A DNA stretch of 41,387 bases, taken from positions 1 through 41,387 of IMG/VR virus record IMGVR_UViG_3300028840_003126; one strand, written 5' to 3'. The translations under genes were made by a program, and so were the position numbers. The notes below the pieces were generated by a model. It searched no databases, was not told where the DNA came from, and was given only the letters and a program-made list of their open reading frames with translations. Shown here one piece after another: positions 1 through 10,060 of this stretch (its first letter is position 1; every line of letters starts with the position of its first letter). The DNA is from a virus.

Positions 1-144
1 ATATATGGATCAAGGCCAATATAGGCTTTTAATTGTTCAAGTGATGCATCAATGTTTGAAAAGTCAGATGCAAACACCCTTAAATCATTATAAGGTTGAT
101 CAGCGCCAACATTTAAAACATCAGCTGCCGCCCAATCATGTACG
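1..144. repeat. Terminal direct repeat, left copy (identical to 41244..41387)
   Basis: Read directly. Bases 1-144 (atatatggatcaaggcc...cccaatcatgtacg) recur exactly as the last 144 bases of the window. Confidence 0.95.
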
Positions 145-602
145 GTTGCTGTGTTTGGAAATATTGAACTTTCCGCAGCCGTTCCTCTGTTATAATTGAT
201 AGCGGTGACTTGATCCTGGTATTGTGGCGCGTAAATCTGTTTGGTGGAATTAATAACATTTCTAACGGTATTCCCCGATACGGAATGGCCACCACCCGAT
301 AAAGTCACTTGGTTAACGGGATGAACGTCAATAACAATTCCATAATCACTTGCATGTGTATATTTACCATTTACCTGTGTCGTATTGCCTGTAATATGAT
401 TTCCTGTTATTGAAACATTGTTGGTGTTAGATGTAACCATAATTCCACCATAACCACGAAACGGATTAAACAAACTTATTCCTGTAGTGTCCCATTGTGG
501 GATTGAATCAAGACTGCCAGCATCACTAATATGCTCCCAAGCATAAGGCCACGTAATCCATCCAGAATCACCATCACTTATCGTTCTCGGTAAGTCTAAG
601 TC
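1..602 (-). CDS. Continuation of the beta-helix reading frame after the interruption; runs off the left edge and continues via the terminal repeat into 41243..40688
   Basis: Manual translation in the same frame as 618..2048: CLDLPRTISDGDSGWITWPYAWEH...NVSITGNHITGNTTQ...HSVSGNTVRNVINS...VFASDFSNIDASLEQLKAYIGLDPYI. No stop from 602 to 1. The frame is in phase with ORF 40688..41320. No canonical start codon lies near 602. Confidence 0.7.
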
Positions 603-617
603 ATTAGCATTGTCATC

Positions 618-2048
618 ATTAAAATAAATTCTCGATATTAAAGTGTCGCTCGCCGTTCCCTGTCTTATATATGCTGAGTGTGGTATCCGGCCAAAAACAT
701 TGATAATATTGTTGGCTATTGAACCATAATCACAACTTGAATAATAATGAATACCTTCAGCCCCGACATTTTCTACCTGATTGTTTGCCGTTACTACATT
801 AACCGATTGCTCTATCCTTATACCTGTTTGAACATCTCTTACATGATTACCGGAAACAATCGCTTTTCTTACCATGTCGGTTTTTATCCCTGCAATTCCT
901 GTATCATGTAAAGTTCCGGGTGCAAGCCATTTATATTGTCCTGATCTGTAAACCCGATTATTTGTTATCGTCACAGAATGGCAGTCTGTATCATCCCAAG
1001 TTATACCATGTGATTCATTCCCACCCACAGATATTGAATGGTTATAATATCCTGCATTATACATCCAGCAATCATTAATAATAATATTTTTAGAATTTGC
1101 ATTTGCCCCATTATCACCTATATGCATTCCATAAGATGTTGTCCCTGTTATTTTAAGTCTTTCAATCCTTACATCATTAACATCCCTGAAAAGAATTGCA
1201 GCTGCCTTAAAATAATCTCCATCCCACATCATTGTTGTATCATTTGGATATGTTTCATGTGTTATATATAAATCCTGAACTGCAATATTTGAAACACCAT
1301 CACCTCTTATACAATAATTCAAGGAATCAAATGTAAATCCGGATACTTCCCTATTAAAACCAAATAATGTGACATCATTTTTCATAAAAATTGATGAACC
1401 GATTCTATAATTACCAGCAGGAATAAGAACTTTTCCTATTCCATAGGTGGATGCTGAATCAATTGCAGCTTGTATTGCTACATGGTCTTCTGTGGCATCA
1501 TTCGGAGTTGCCCCTGTAAATAATATATTTATATATCTAGGATATATGTTTGTTAAAGTTGATGTTGTATCCAGCCAGGTTTCATTTACGGATATCGTAG
1601 AATCTGGATTTGCAATAATAGAATTATCATCAGCTTGATTTTCAATATTTCCACCGCTTCCCATATATTGCAATGCTGCAGTTGTTAATTTGCTTAATGT
1701 AATTACTGAATCTTCAATTCCCTGATTATCTAAAAGATTATTATAATCAGGATCCATTTGTTCCAATGTTTCATTTATCTGTCTGGTTCCATGCCAGATA
1801 GTTTTTTTATTTACATTATCAATATATAGATAATATTGGCCCCAGACTACAGATGAATTTTCATAAACACCGGGACTGGTTTCTGTTAGGTCATATGCCT
1901 TGGTATCTGTGTCATAATAGTATAGATCCACATCCACACCGGTCACTGCTGATTTATTTGGATATTCAAGAACCTTCATTATGGGTGATGTATTCTGGGC
2001 CAGCAATGGTGTGGCCAAAATTATAAAAATTAAAATAATATATCTCAT
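618..2048 (-). CDS. Signal-peptide-bearing right-handed beta-helix protein (pectate-lyase fold, tailspike/depolymerase-like), N-terminal ORF of 476 aa; not in the supplied ORF track
   Basis: ATG at 2048 follows tagggggaattt (SD-like GGGGG). I checked codon by codon and found no stop until TAA at 620-618. N-terminus is MRYIILIFIILATPLLAQ. The motif TEDHVAIQAAIDSASTYGIGKVLIPAGNYRI is typical of the Pectate_lyase_3 cap, and repeated xxNxxI coils follow. Confidence 0.85.
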
Positions 2049-2057
2049 AAATTCCCC

Positions 2058-2996
2058 CTATGTGATTATTATATCCTCACTGATAATGATATTTTCATAA
2101 TAAGATGATGTGACCACATCATCTGGTGCCATTTGAAACAACTCATTGCCCATTAATTCAATACCACCTTCATGGCCAATAGCCACACCGGACATCCATG
2201 ACCATTCCAGACGATTGTTTTCACATGATACAAGATAACATCTGTCTGAATCTTTATGTGGAAATATAATCAGATCATTGCCATTGATTTGGTTTTCCAT
2301 AATAATTTTATTTCTGTTTTGTTCTTCGGCAACTGTCAGTTTATTCCAAAAGGCAGAATAATAATAAACCAGACCCTTATAAAATTTTTTATTTACTGCA
2401 TTATCTAATTTATATCCGGATTGTAATAATGGAATAAAACCATGCTTAAATTGATTTCTCCAGGGCAAAGGCAATTGTATATCATATAATATTTCCCGGA
2501 TAGACACATGATCCACATATATTTTTCCTTCTGATGTGACCGGATCACCAGATTCCGGATATATCTGGAAAAAAAATGTAGTGCTGGCATCTGGTGTGGG
2601 CATGGTGGTTTCATAAACATGTTTTTTCCAGTATTCAAATGCTGTCCTGGACTCCACACTTCCATTTTCAAATTTGGCTTTGAATACCTGATTTGTATCA
2701 CTGGCCCTTTTTGCAAATAATGTACAGATGAATTTTTTACCTTGAATGGCAGATCCAAAATTTATTGTATGATCCACATACATATTTGCCAGGATGGAAT
2801 CATCTTCCACGCCCATCACATAATCCCCAAATGGTGTTGCGGTATCTGATTCCCTGGTGATGGTGGCACCATTTCCTGCTGTCCAATCATTTAAATTTTC
2901 TTCAAAACCCTGGTTGGTGACCAGTTCTGGACCCACAATTAAAATTCTGGGATTTTCAATCCCGGCAATGACATTGGCTGCTTCAATTTGTGCCAT
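2058..2996 (-). CDS. Tail fibre / receptor-binding-like protein (312 aa) with a CBM-like N-terminal segment
   Basis: ORF track. It starts 1 nt after the 1242-aa tail protein gene ends. NQGFEENLNDWTAGNGA resembles the opening strand of CBM4/9-type modules; this call is by eye only. Confidence 0.6.
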   Translation of the reverse strand: MAQIEAANVIAGIENPRILIVGPELVTNQGFEENLNDWTAGNGATITRESDTATPFGDYVMGVEDDSILANMYVDHTINFGSAIQGKKFICTLFAKRASDTNQVFKAKFENGSVESRTAFEYWKKHVYETTMPTPDASTTFFFQIYPESGDPVTSEGKIYVDHVSIREILYDIQLPLPWRNQFKHGFIPLLQSGYKLDNAVNKKFYKGLVYYYSAFWNKLTVAEEQNRNKIIMENQINGNDLIIFPHKDSDRCYLVSCENNRLEWSWMSGVAIGHEGGIELMGNELFQMAPDDVVTSSYYENIIISEDIIIT

Positions 2997-2997
2997 T

Positions 2998-5900
2998 TTA
3001 CATTCCTATAGCTTTAATGGTTAATATTAATTTTTGCAGATCCAGATGCAGGCTTTCTATGTGAAAATATGATGATCTGTCTATATCATAACGTCTTTCT
3101 GAATACACAGTGTTGAATCTGTCCCTTTGTTCTAATTCCAGGATTGGAATTGAATTCTGTTTTATGCTTTCCCGGATGGTGCCCAGATAACTGTGATTTT
3201 CATCTGCAATGGCTTTTGCCAGGAATTGATCTGTGATAAATCTGTTTTCCAGTTCCAGGCCACGCCTGTCCCATCCTGGTGTCCCAGATGTTTCATCACC
3301 ATTTGAATCATCCAGGATGGATTCCCAATTCACCTGGATGTAATCATAATAATGTTTCCAGATTCCCTGTGGCTGGATCCCTTCATTTAATAAATGCTTT
3401 TCACTGTAAAATGTGAAGGTGTCATCATATGTTTCCCTTTTATTCATGTTGAATTTTCGCTGGCTGTTGATCCATATGACAAAGGCAACCAGCTGTGCCA
3501 TGTCTGTCAGAACTTCCCTTAAAACCATGTTTGAAAAGTCTGCATATTGAATGACCGGATAAAAGCTTTCTGTATAGGACCACAGGACACCATTTTCACC
3601 AATGGTATTGCCTAAAATTTTATTGTTTCCGGATATCAGAAATGTGCTGTCATAATCTGAATGATCAATCACATCTTTTTCTGTGATGGTGATTGTTCCA
3701 CCACTGAATGTGGTTTCAATCAGATAGGATCCTTCTTTTTGATATCGTCTGTCAATGACCATGGCATATATTTTTTCGGTGGTGTCCACTGTGTGTGACA
3801 GAAAATGAATCATCTGCCGGTGTGGATCTGTCAATTGAATTGAATACATTTCATCTGCTGTGATGTCATATACAAAATAATGATATTCAAAATTTCCTCG
3901 GTCCAAAAGACATCCATGGATGGTGTTTTCAGTTGAATTTATGGCCATGTCCAAAATGACCTGGTATGCTTCCCGGCCAGTGATGGATTGCCCGGCTTCT
4001 GCTGAATCAGATGAAAAATTAAATAATGCTGTCAGACTTGATAAATTCCGATATAAAATGCAGGGTGATTTTGTCCCGGCACCTGAATCTGACCACTCCA
4101 TGAATGCCAGATAATTATATGTCCCATCAAATGTGATGGCCATGACATTGACATGGATATTTTTATTTGTATAAATATCATACATGGACCCTTCATTGCC
4201 CTGATAATCCACATATCTGATATCAGATTCAGCCAGGGTGTCATGGACCAGGCTGGACCATATGATCCACCGGTCATTGTTTGAATCCCACCGGACCACA
4301 TATGGATTTCCCAATTCAAAGGGAAAAGCCAGATTGCTTTGGTCGCCGGTCCCGGTCACGTTGTCATTCAGCATATAATGTCCGGCTGGGCAAAAATATT
4401 CTGTTCCTGAATTTGGATTTGATGGCCAGCCGGTTCCGAAATAAAACCGGCCATTGCCGGTGATGTTGTTGGTGTCCAAACCATTGGCATCATATAATAC
4501 ATTTTCTGATCCGGGATAATGTGACAACATCTGTGGATAAGGAATGCACAGATTTTCACCTGAACTTCTTAATGTGGAATATCCTATGGTCCGATGATCC
4601 GCACCATCATAATATCCATTCCGGTATTGCCTTTTTCCGGTCCTGGCATAGATCTGAAAAAAATCATAAAAATCAGTGATGCCACCGGTGTTGGCCCGGA
4701 AGGTAAAATTGAACCTGGTGGCCGGTGTCTTTGGCCACTTTTGTTCCCCAATGCCATGGATCTGATTCGCTGCATCCATGGCCAGGGCAGAAATTATGTG
4801 GACTGTTGTCAGGACATCTGTGGGTGGTGGCACTGTGTCAATATGTTCAAATCCTTCTGTTTCATCAAATGTCCACAATTCATCTTCAATTCCCAGCCAC
4901 CACAATTGCCTGTTTGCATCCCAGAATCCTGCAGTGACCTTTTTCCCATAAAATGGATATGGTGCCTGGCCAAATATATGAATAGTGGGATCATCAGAAG
5001 TCAATGCCAGGGTGTCAATGTTCCGGTCTGCACTTAAAATATTTGCTTTATCCAGGCATAGATCCACAATTTTATTTATGGGTAAATTCCTATACCAGTT
5101 TGCAGTGATCCAGTTTCCGGAATCATCCTGTCTGATGATCAGATCTTCTTCTAAATCCACTTGGCCAAATTTGGTGAAGTCATGTTCAAGATCAATGGAC
5201 CGGCCATCTGTTCCATATAGCCGGATCCTTCTGGTCACCCGGTCAAAATAGGCTGCACCGGATCCATAGGATGATATATATATCCGGATCCCATAAAGAT
5301 TCTGGACATCATCCAGACCGGATGGTTCCTGGGCTGTCGGCCTCCACCCTTCTGCTGCAGCCTTGGTCCAGGTGATGGTTCCATCCTGGGATAAATTGCT
5401 GCTGCCATCTGTGACTGTCAGTGATGCCCAGGTGTCAAATCCTTTTGAATACATCACAGAAATGGTGGATGATGCCAGATTTGAACTTTCACCCAGGATG
5501 ATGTTCAAACCATAGAATGGCCGGTCAGAATAAAAATATATATAATCACTGGCATCATCTAAGGCTTCATATTCATCCCCGGACACATTATTTTCACCGG
5601 TTTCTTCTGTGTAAGTGCTGCCATCATATCTGATCACCCGGATAAAATCAGTGACCAGATCTTCCCATTGTCCCTTGTTAAATTGAATTTTCGGGATCCC
5701 CTCTGCTGCCACTTCCGGCTTTAATTCATTTTCAACAATGACAATTCCTTCCCGGCTTTGCACATCAAAGGTGGTGCAATCCACAGTGATAGTGGTGGTG
5801 TCCTTTGCTGTCAATGTCTGGCCGGTGGTGTCTTCGGTCAATGTAGTCAGGGCACCATTGTCCCAGGAAAAAAGATCTGGATAAACAAATTTCAGTGATT

Positions 5901-6726
5901 TGACACCGGTGGTGGTGTCTTTGTCGATGTCTTTGATGGTGATGCCCTGCATCCCTTTTGATTCAAATTTATATTTTATTTTGAATACACCAGGCAAACT
6001 TCCGGATGGGACATCCACACTTTTTATATTGATTCCTTTTAGTTTCAAAAAATATCCGGACTGCTGGCTGATTTCAAATCCAGGATATCTTTCCAGTTCC
6101 TTCATAAAACCCATGGCCTGGAATGTCAGGATCTTTCTGTATTTATCCGGATGGATCATTTCCCTGGGAATGATTCCTGAAAAATACAGCAGCCTGGTGG
6201 TGTCTTGTTTATATCCCAATTTCACCCGGATCCAGGCAGTCAAATGAAGATTGAATAAACCGGAGGCATCTTTATTGTAGAAATATCCTTCACTGTTATC
6301 CACCACCACCTTCACATCATCTGCCATAAATGAATTCAAGGTTTCGCCTTCCGTATCCACCCGGATGGGACTGATTCCATTTTCCACCAGATAGTCTGTA
6401 TCTCCACCATGGATGATATATTTTTTAGCCACATGGAATCCAACAATTGTGGTGGGAAGTGTACCGGTGATGGTGATGGTGGTTTTTCCACCGGCATATG
6501 TGGGACTGGCAGATATCTGATAATCAATATCATAATCCACCAGTGGGATGGTCAGATAATCATTTTGTGAAAATATCCCGGTGGCATCACCGGATACTTT
6601 TAATTGTGTGGCTGAATCTCTGTCTGTGATTTCTCCATCAAACTGGCCCAGGATTTCTATTTTTTTTACCAGTTGTGTATGCAGTTTTTCCTGCTCTGCT
6701 GTGAAATTTGCTGTTATTGTTTTCAT
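2998..6726 (-). CDS. Large distal tail / baseplate-hub-like structural protein (1242 aa)
   Basis: ORF track. Its start overlaps the end of the tape measure gene by 4 nt (6723-6726). This position, directly after the TMP, is where siphophage Dit/Tal-type proteins sit. No specific motif recognised. Confidence 0.6.
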   Translation of the reverse strand: MKTITANFTAEQEKLHTQLVKKIEILGQFDGEITDRDSATQLKVSGDATGIFSQNDYLTIPLVDYDIDYQISASPTYAGGKTTITITGTLPTTIVGFHVAKKYIIHGGDTDYLVENGISPIRVDTEGETLNSFMADDVKVVVDNSEGYFYNKDASGLFNLHLTAWIRVKLGYKQDTTRLLYFSGIIPREMIHPDKYRKILTFQAMGFMKELERYPGFEISQQSGYFLKLKGINIKSVDVPSGSLPGVFKIKYKFESKGMQGITIKDIDKDTTTGVKSLKFVYPDLFSWDNGALTTLTEDTTGQTLTAKDTTTITVDCTTFDVQSREGIVIVENELKPEVAAEGIPKIQFNKGQWEDLVTDFIRVIRYDGSTYTEETGENNVSGDEYEALDDASDYIYFYSDRPFYGLNIILGESSNLASSTISVMYSKGFDTWASLTVTDGSSNLSQDGTITWTKAAAEGWRPTAQEPSGLDDVQNLYGIRIYISSYGSGAAYFDRVTRRIRLYGTDGRSIDLEHDFTKFGQVDLEEDLIIRQDDSGNWITANWYRNLPINKIVDLCLDKANILSADRNIDTLALTSDDPTIHIFGQAPYPFYGKKVTAGFWDANRQLWWLGIEDELWTFDETEGFEHIDTVPPPTDVLTTVHIISALAMDAANQIHGIGEQKWPKTPATRFNFTFRANTGGITDFYDFFQIYARTGKRQYRNGYYDGADHRTIGYSTLRSSGENLCIPYPQMLSHYPGSENVLYDANGLDTNNITGNGRFYFGTGWPSNPNSGTEYFCPAGHYMLNDNVTGTGDQSNLAFPFELGNPYVVRWDSNNDRWIIWSSLVHDTLAESDIRYVDYQGNEGSMYDIYTNKNIHVNVMAITFDGTYNYLAFMEWSDSGAGTKSPCILYRNLSSLTALFNFSSDSAEAGQSITGREAYQVILDMAINSTENTIHGCLLDRGNFEYHYFVYDITADEMYSIQLTDPHRQMIHFLSHTVDTTEKIYAMVIDRRYQKEGSYLIETTFSGGTITITEKDVIDHSDYDSTFLISGNNKILGNTIGENGVLWSYTESFYPVIQYADFSNMVLREVLTDMAQLVAFVIWINSQRKFNMNKRETYDDTFTFYSEKHLLNEGIQPQGIWKHYYDYIQVNWESILDDSNGDETSGTPGWDRRGLELENRFITDQFLAKAIADENHSYLGTIRESIKQNSIPILELEQRDRFNTVYSERRYDIDRSSYFHIESLHLDLQKLILTIKAIGM

Positions 6727-8789
6727 AATATACTATCATTTATTGACCTGCTGATTCTGTGCAAATGTTCCTGCTGCAGCTGTTTGACACCATCCAAAAG
6801 TTTTTGATCATCACCATAGACATTGCCATTGATAATCAATTGCCAGGATCCGGAATCCACTGTCCGGCTGTTATCTGTTGTCACATTGGATATGCTGCCA
6901 GGCTGCAGGAATGATGTCTGTGGTGGTGGTGCTGTTGATGGCAGATTGACCGGTGATGGTGCTGTTGCTGTTGCCGGTGACACGGATGTTGCTGTGGCAG
7001 CCGGTGATGATGATGATCCACTGAATGGTGCTGATAACATTGACCAGATATTTCCACCGGCACCTGATGTGAAGGCATCCACTAAAAATGACATAAATGC
7101 ATTGACAATTTTTGAAGTCAGAAATCTGGCCAGTTCTGCTAAAAGGAAATCAATGAAATTTTGCCATATTTCCTGGGCAGATCTGGTGCCCAGGATAAAA
7201 GCTTCCAGCATGGTCTGCATTGGCCGGTCAAATATCCCGGCCAGTTCCCTGGCTGTTTTCCTGGCCTGTTCTAATTCAAATTCTGATGCTTCTTTTATCC
7301 ATTCCTTCCGCATGTCCAGCATTTTTTTTCTTTCTTCTTCGGTGAATTCCCAATGTTCCAGCAAATAATCTGCCACGGCAATGGCTTCTGCCAGGCTGGT
7401 TTCACTGATTTCCTTGGCCATCTCTATCTGTTCCCTGTCTAATTCCACATTCCTTCTTTTAAGTTCCTGGTATTTATCAATGATGGCCTGGGCATCTGCA
7501 ATGATTTGTTTGGATGTCTTTTCACCGGATTCCCGGATCAATTGCATGGCACCATCATATTCTTCTGCCAGTCTTTTGGCAGCTGCCTTGGCTTTGTCCA
7601 GGGCCTTTGGATCCACCACTTCCCCGGCTTCACCACCACCCAGGTCCAGTGGTTTTCCCAGCTCTTTTCTTAATTCCACCACACGCTGTTGTAATAATAG
7701 ATATGATTCATGGGCAATCCTGGCATTTTCTTCCACCTTGGATGTGGCATCTTTGGCCTGCTGGGACTGGTCACCATATACATTGTTGATCAATTGCAAG
7801 TTTTCTTTTGCCTTGGCCAGTTGTGTGTTTGCCATCACCCATATATCCATAAACTGCTGGACTTGCTGGTCATTGTTGATAATCTTTTTGGAATGTTCAT
7901 CCAAACCACGCAGCAATTTCTGGAAGGATGGATCTATTTTGTTTAATACAGATAATTGAAATGATATGAATTGTTTTTCCAAACTTTTTAAAGCTTCGGT
8001 GGCAAAATTCATGGCATCTGCTGCCACACTGAAAAAATCATCCACCGGCTGATCAATCATTTTGCCTATCTGGACTTGAAGGTTTTCCCAGGCTGCTGCA
8101 GCATTGGTGGAATGGTCTGCAGATTCCAGGGCAGCATCACCGGCCACTTCCAGTCTTTGGGCCATCAGATTTGTGGCTGCCTGGACTCTTAATGTCCTTC
8201 TTTCGGCTGCTGACATTTTTGTCAGTCTTCTGCCCATGGCCTTGGCCAGATTTTCTTCTTCCCTTTGTACCTGGGTTAGACTCAGACCAAAATTATCCAG
8301 CAGTTCTGTGGATCCACGCAAAACACCACCCAGGATGTTCTGCAGCAGCTGCAATTCATCCCCACCCTTCCGGACAGCTTCAAACCTGGCAAATTTGGTG
8401 AAGATTTCCATCTGTTCATTTGTGGCACCTAAATCCAGGGCAGTGATGGCCTGTCTCATTAATTCCAGATCTGAAACAGATCCCCTGATATTTTTCCGCA
8501 TGGATTCCAGCAGTTCATCACTGTTGTCCAATTGCCGGAATGCCTTTTCCACGTTTCTGGCCTGGGCACCTAATTTTCCCAACTCCACCACGGCCAGGGC
8601 CAGTTCCTTCACAGCCAGGGCACCAATGAATCCGGATGTGACACCGGCCAGGCCCTTCATGGATGGCATGGCAGTCTTTGCTGACTTGCCCATATCATCA
8701 ATTGAATTGTCCATCCGTTTTGCATCACGGATGGCCCGGTCAACTTCCATTTGAACAATCAGCCGGATATCTTTGTCTTTTCTCGCCAT
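6723..8789 (-). CDS. Tail tape measure protein (688 aa)
   Basis: Long helical, coiled-coil-like composition with an Ala/Ser/Pro/Thr low-complexity tract near the C-terminus. It lies between the chaperone genes and the large tail protein. Confidence 0.75.
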   Translation of the reverse strand: MARKDKDIRLIVQMEVDRAIRDAKRMDNSIDDMGKSAKTAMPSMKGLAGVTSGFIGALAVKELALAVVELGKLGAQARNVEKAFRQLDNSDELLESMRKNIRGSVSDLELMRQAITALDLGATNEQMEIFTKFARFEAVRKGGDELQLLQNILGGVLRGSTELLDNFGLSLTQVQREEENLAKAMGRRLTKMSAAERRTLRVQAATNLMAQRLEVAGDAALESADHSTNAAAAWENLQVQIGKMIDQPVDDFFSVAADAMNFATEALKSLEKQFISFQLSVLNKIDPSFQKLLRGLDEHSKKIINNDQQVQQFMDIWVMANTQLAKAKENLQLINNVYGDQSQQAKDATSKVEENARIAHESYLLLQQRVVELRKELGKPLDLGGGEAGEVVDPKALDKAKAAAKRLAEEYDGAMQLIRESGEKTSKQIIADAQAIIDKYQELKRRNVELDREQIEMAKEISETSLAEAIAVADYLLEHWEFTEEERKKMLDMRKEWIKEASEFELEQARKTARELAGIFDRPMQTMLEAFILGTRSAQEIWQNFIDFLLAELARFLTSKIVNAFMSFLVDAFTSGAGGNIWSMLSAPFSGSSSSPAATATSVSPATATAPSPVNLPSTAPPPQTSFLQPGSISNVTTDNSRTVDSGSWQLIINGNVYGDDQKLLDGVKQLQQEHLHRISRSINDSIL

Positions 8790-8980
8790 TTTTTCCCCAG
8801 GATATCCATCAGATCTTCATACATCTTTTCAGATCTGATTAATTGATTTTTATAATCTTCTGACCTTACACACCTGATGGCCTTCCGAAAATAAATGATA
8901 TTAAAATCCAGTATTTCCAAAAATTTCGTGACATCATCTGATTCAAGTATGACAGTCTTTTCATCCAGATCAGCTTTCAT
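8759..8980 (-). CDS. Hypothetical protein (73 aa)
   Basis: ORF track. Coupled by overlap to its neighbours (8977-8980, and a 31-nt overlap with the TMP start). Confidence 0.5.
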   Translation of the reverse strand: MKADLDEKTVILESDDVTKFLEILDFNIIYFRKAIRCVRSEDYKNQLIRSEKMYEDLMDILGKKWREKTKISG

Positions 8981-9402
8981 TGATTTATATATGCAGACAA
9001 AACAGTGGAAATGAATTCCCTGATTTCACCTTTAAACACAATCCCTAAACCTATACTGGCAAATGATATTTTTTTGCCTGGTGATAATTCCTGCCATCTT
9101 TGTTTGAATGTTTTGGATGGATCTGCCCTTCTTTCCATCGGCTCTTTTGTTTTCGGATCCTTTGGTCTTTCCACCACTTGTTTCTGCAATACTGAAATAT
9201 CATGGGCCATTTGTTCCTGATTGCCCATTGCCTCATTGACTTTGGCAATGACTCCATTGTCCAGTTTTTTTATGATTGAATCAATTTTCTTTTTTATGGC
9301 TGGAATTTCCACTTTTATCAAAGTGTCCTGGACCTGGGTTTCTATCCTGGTCAATCTTTGCTGTTCCGGACAATTATATTCTGCTGTTTCTTTTGGTGCC
9401 AT
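8977..9402 (-). CDS. Hypothetical coiled-coil protein (141 aa)
   Basis: ORF track. Its ATG (9402-9400) overlaps the TAA (9404-9402) of the chaperone -1 extension as TAATG. Confidence 0.6.
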   Translation of the reverse strand: MAPKETAEYNCPEQQRLTRIETQVQDTLIKVEIPAIKKKIDSIIKKLDNGVIAKVNEAMGNQEQMAHDISVLQKQVVERPKDPKTKEPMERRADPSKTFKQRWQELSPGKKISFASIGLGIVFKGEIREFISTVLSAYINQ

Positions 9403-9635
9403 TAATGAACCTTCATATTTTGATTGATTGGTGGGCCAGGTTTTTTGGCCATGGCATTGCTGGCAGATTCTAAACGAAAAAGGAACTCACTGATATTGAC
9501 CAGATTTAATTCCCGGATATAATAATCCAATTTTATCCCGGTTTCTTTTGCCAGATATGCTGCTATTTCTGGCCAGCCAAAATTTCCTTTGCTTCCTGCA
9601 GGACCACTTCCGTTTTCCTGATTGAGTTTTTTTTT
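9402..9635 (-). CDS. -1 frame extension (T-part) of the tail assembly chaperone, reached by frameshifting from 9563..10033
   Basis: The -1 frame is open from 9650 to the TAA at 9404-9402 (checked codon by codon). It reads ...KKKLNQENGSGPAGSKGNFGWPEIAAYLAKETGIKLDYYIRELNLVNISEFLFRLESASNAMAKKPGPPINQNMKVH and has no start codon of its own upstream. It fills an otherwise ORF-free gap. Confidence 0.6.
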   Translation of the reverse strand, partial: KKKLNQENGSGPAGSKGNFGWPEIAAYLAKETGIKLDYYIRELNLVNISEFLFRLESASNAMAKKPGPPINQNMKVH

Positions 9636-10033
9636 AAAATCATGAAGACTTCATAAACCGCTTTGATATAGTCTTCATGTTCATTGGCTGGAATTTGTTG
9701 CATCCTGGCAATCACCAGATCTGTGACTTCTGATTCACTTAATTTGTTGAATTCCGGATCTTCCTGGTTTTCCAATATGACCAGGACAAAGGCCAATTGT
9801 CTTTTATTATTCAGATCAATATTGTCCACTGATTCATAACGGTCTTCAATTTCAGCATAGGCCCACAGATTTGGAATAGGGATCCGGATATCATCCTTAT
9901 AATAGTGAATTTTCCTGTACAGATCTTTCAATCTTCTTTGAACCTTCCGGGAATACATTTTATCCTTGTATTCCCGAATTTTTTCAAATCTGGGAATCAG
10001 ATCTAAGATCTTTTTTTCAATTTTTTCAGACAT
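9563..10033 (-). CDS. Tail assembly chaperone (G-like), zero-frame product of 156 aa
   Basis: ORF track. It lies between the tube-like gene and the TMP, and carries the slippery run about 22 codons before its stop. Confidence 0.65.
   Translation of the reverse strand: MSEKIEKKILDLIPRFEKIREYKDKMYSRKVQRRLKDLYRKIHYYKDDIRIPIPNLWAYAEIEDRYESVDNIDLNNKRQLAFVLVILENQEDPEFNKLSESEVTDLVIARMQQIPANEHEDYIKAVYEVFMILKKNSIRKTEVVLQEAKEILAGQK
9627..9635 (-). promoter_or_regulatory. Slippery A9 run (candidate -1 programmed frameshift site)
   Basis: The coding strand reads att tta aaa aaa aac in the zero frame. This contains the A_AAA_AAA and A_AAA_AAC heptamers inside the 0/-1 overlap. Confidence 0.6.
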
Positions 10034-10060
10034 CTGCCACCACCTAATCTTTTTTAATTG

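Noticed and set aside
597-623. Gene-60-style translational bypass across the stop cluster, since the frame is the same before and after.
   Set aside because: The codon before the first stop (TTT) has no matching landing codon downstream. The +1 frame across the segment reads as plausible protein, so paired indels are the simpler explanation. Bypass cannot be excluded without experiments.
296-2057. The absence of track ORFs suggested stop-codon reassignment or a non-coding region.
   Set aside because: Standard-code translation of the minus strand gives an uninterrupted 476-aa ORF, so no recoding is needed. The interruption at 603-620 contains TAA and TGA together, which a single reassignment cannot explain.
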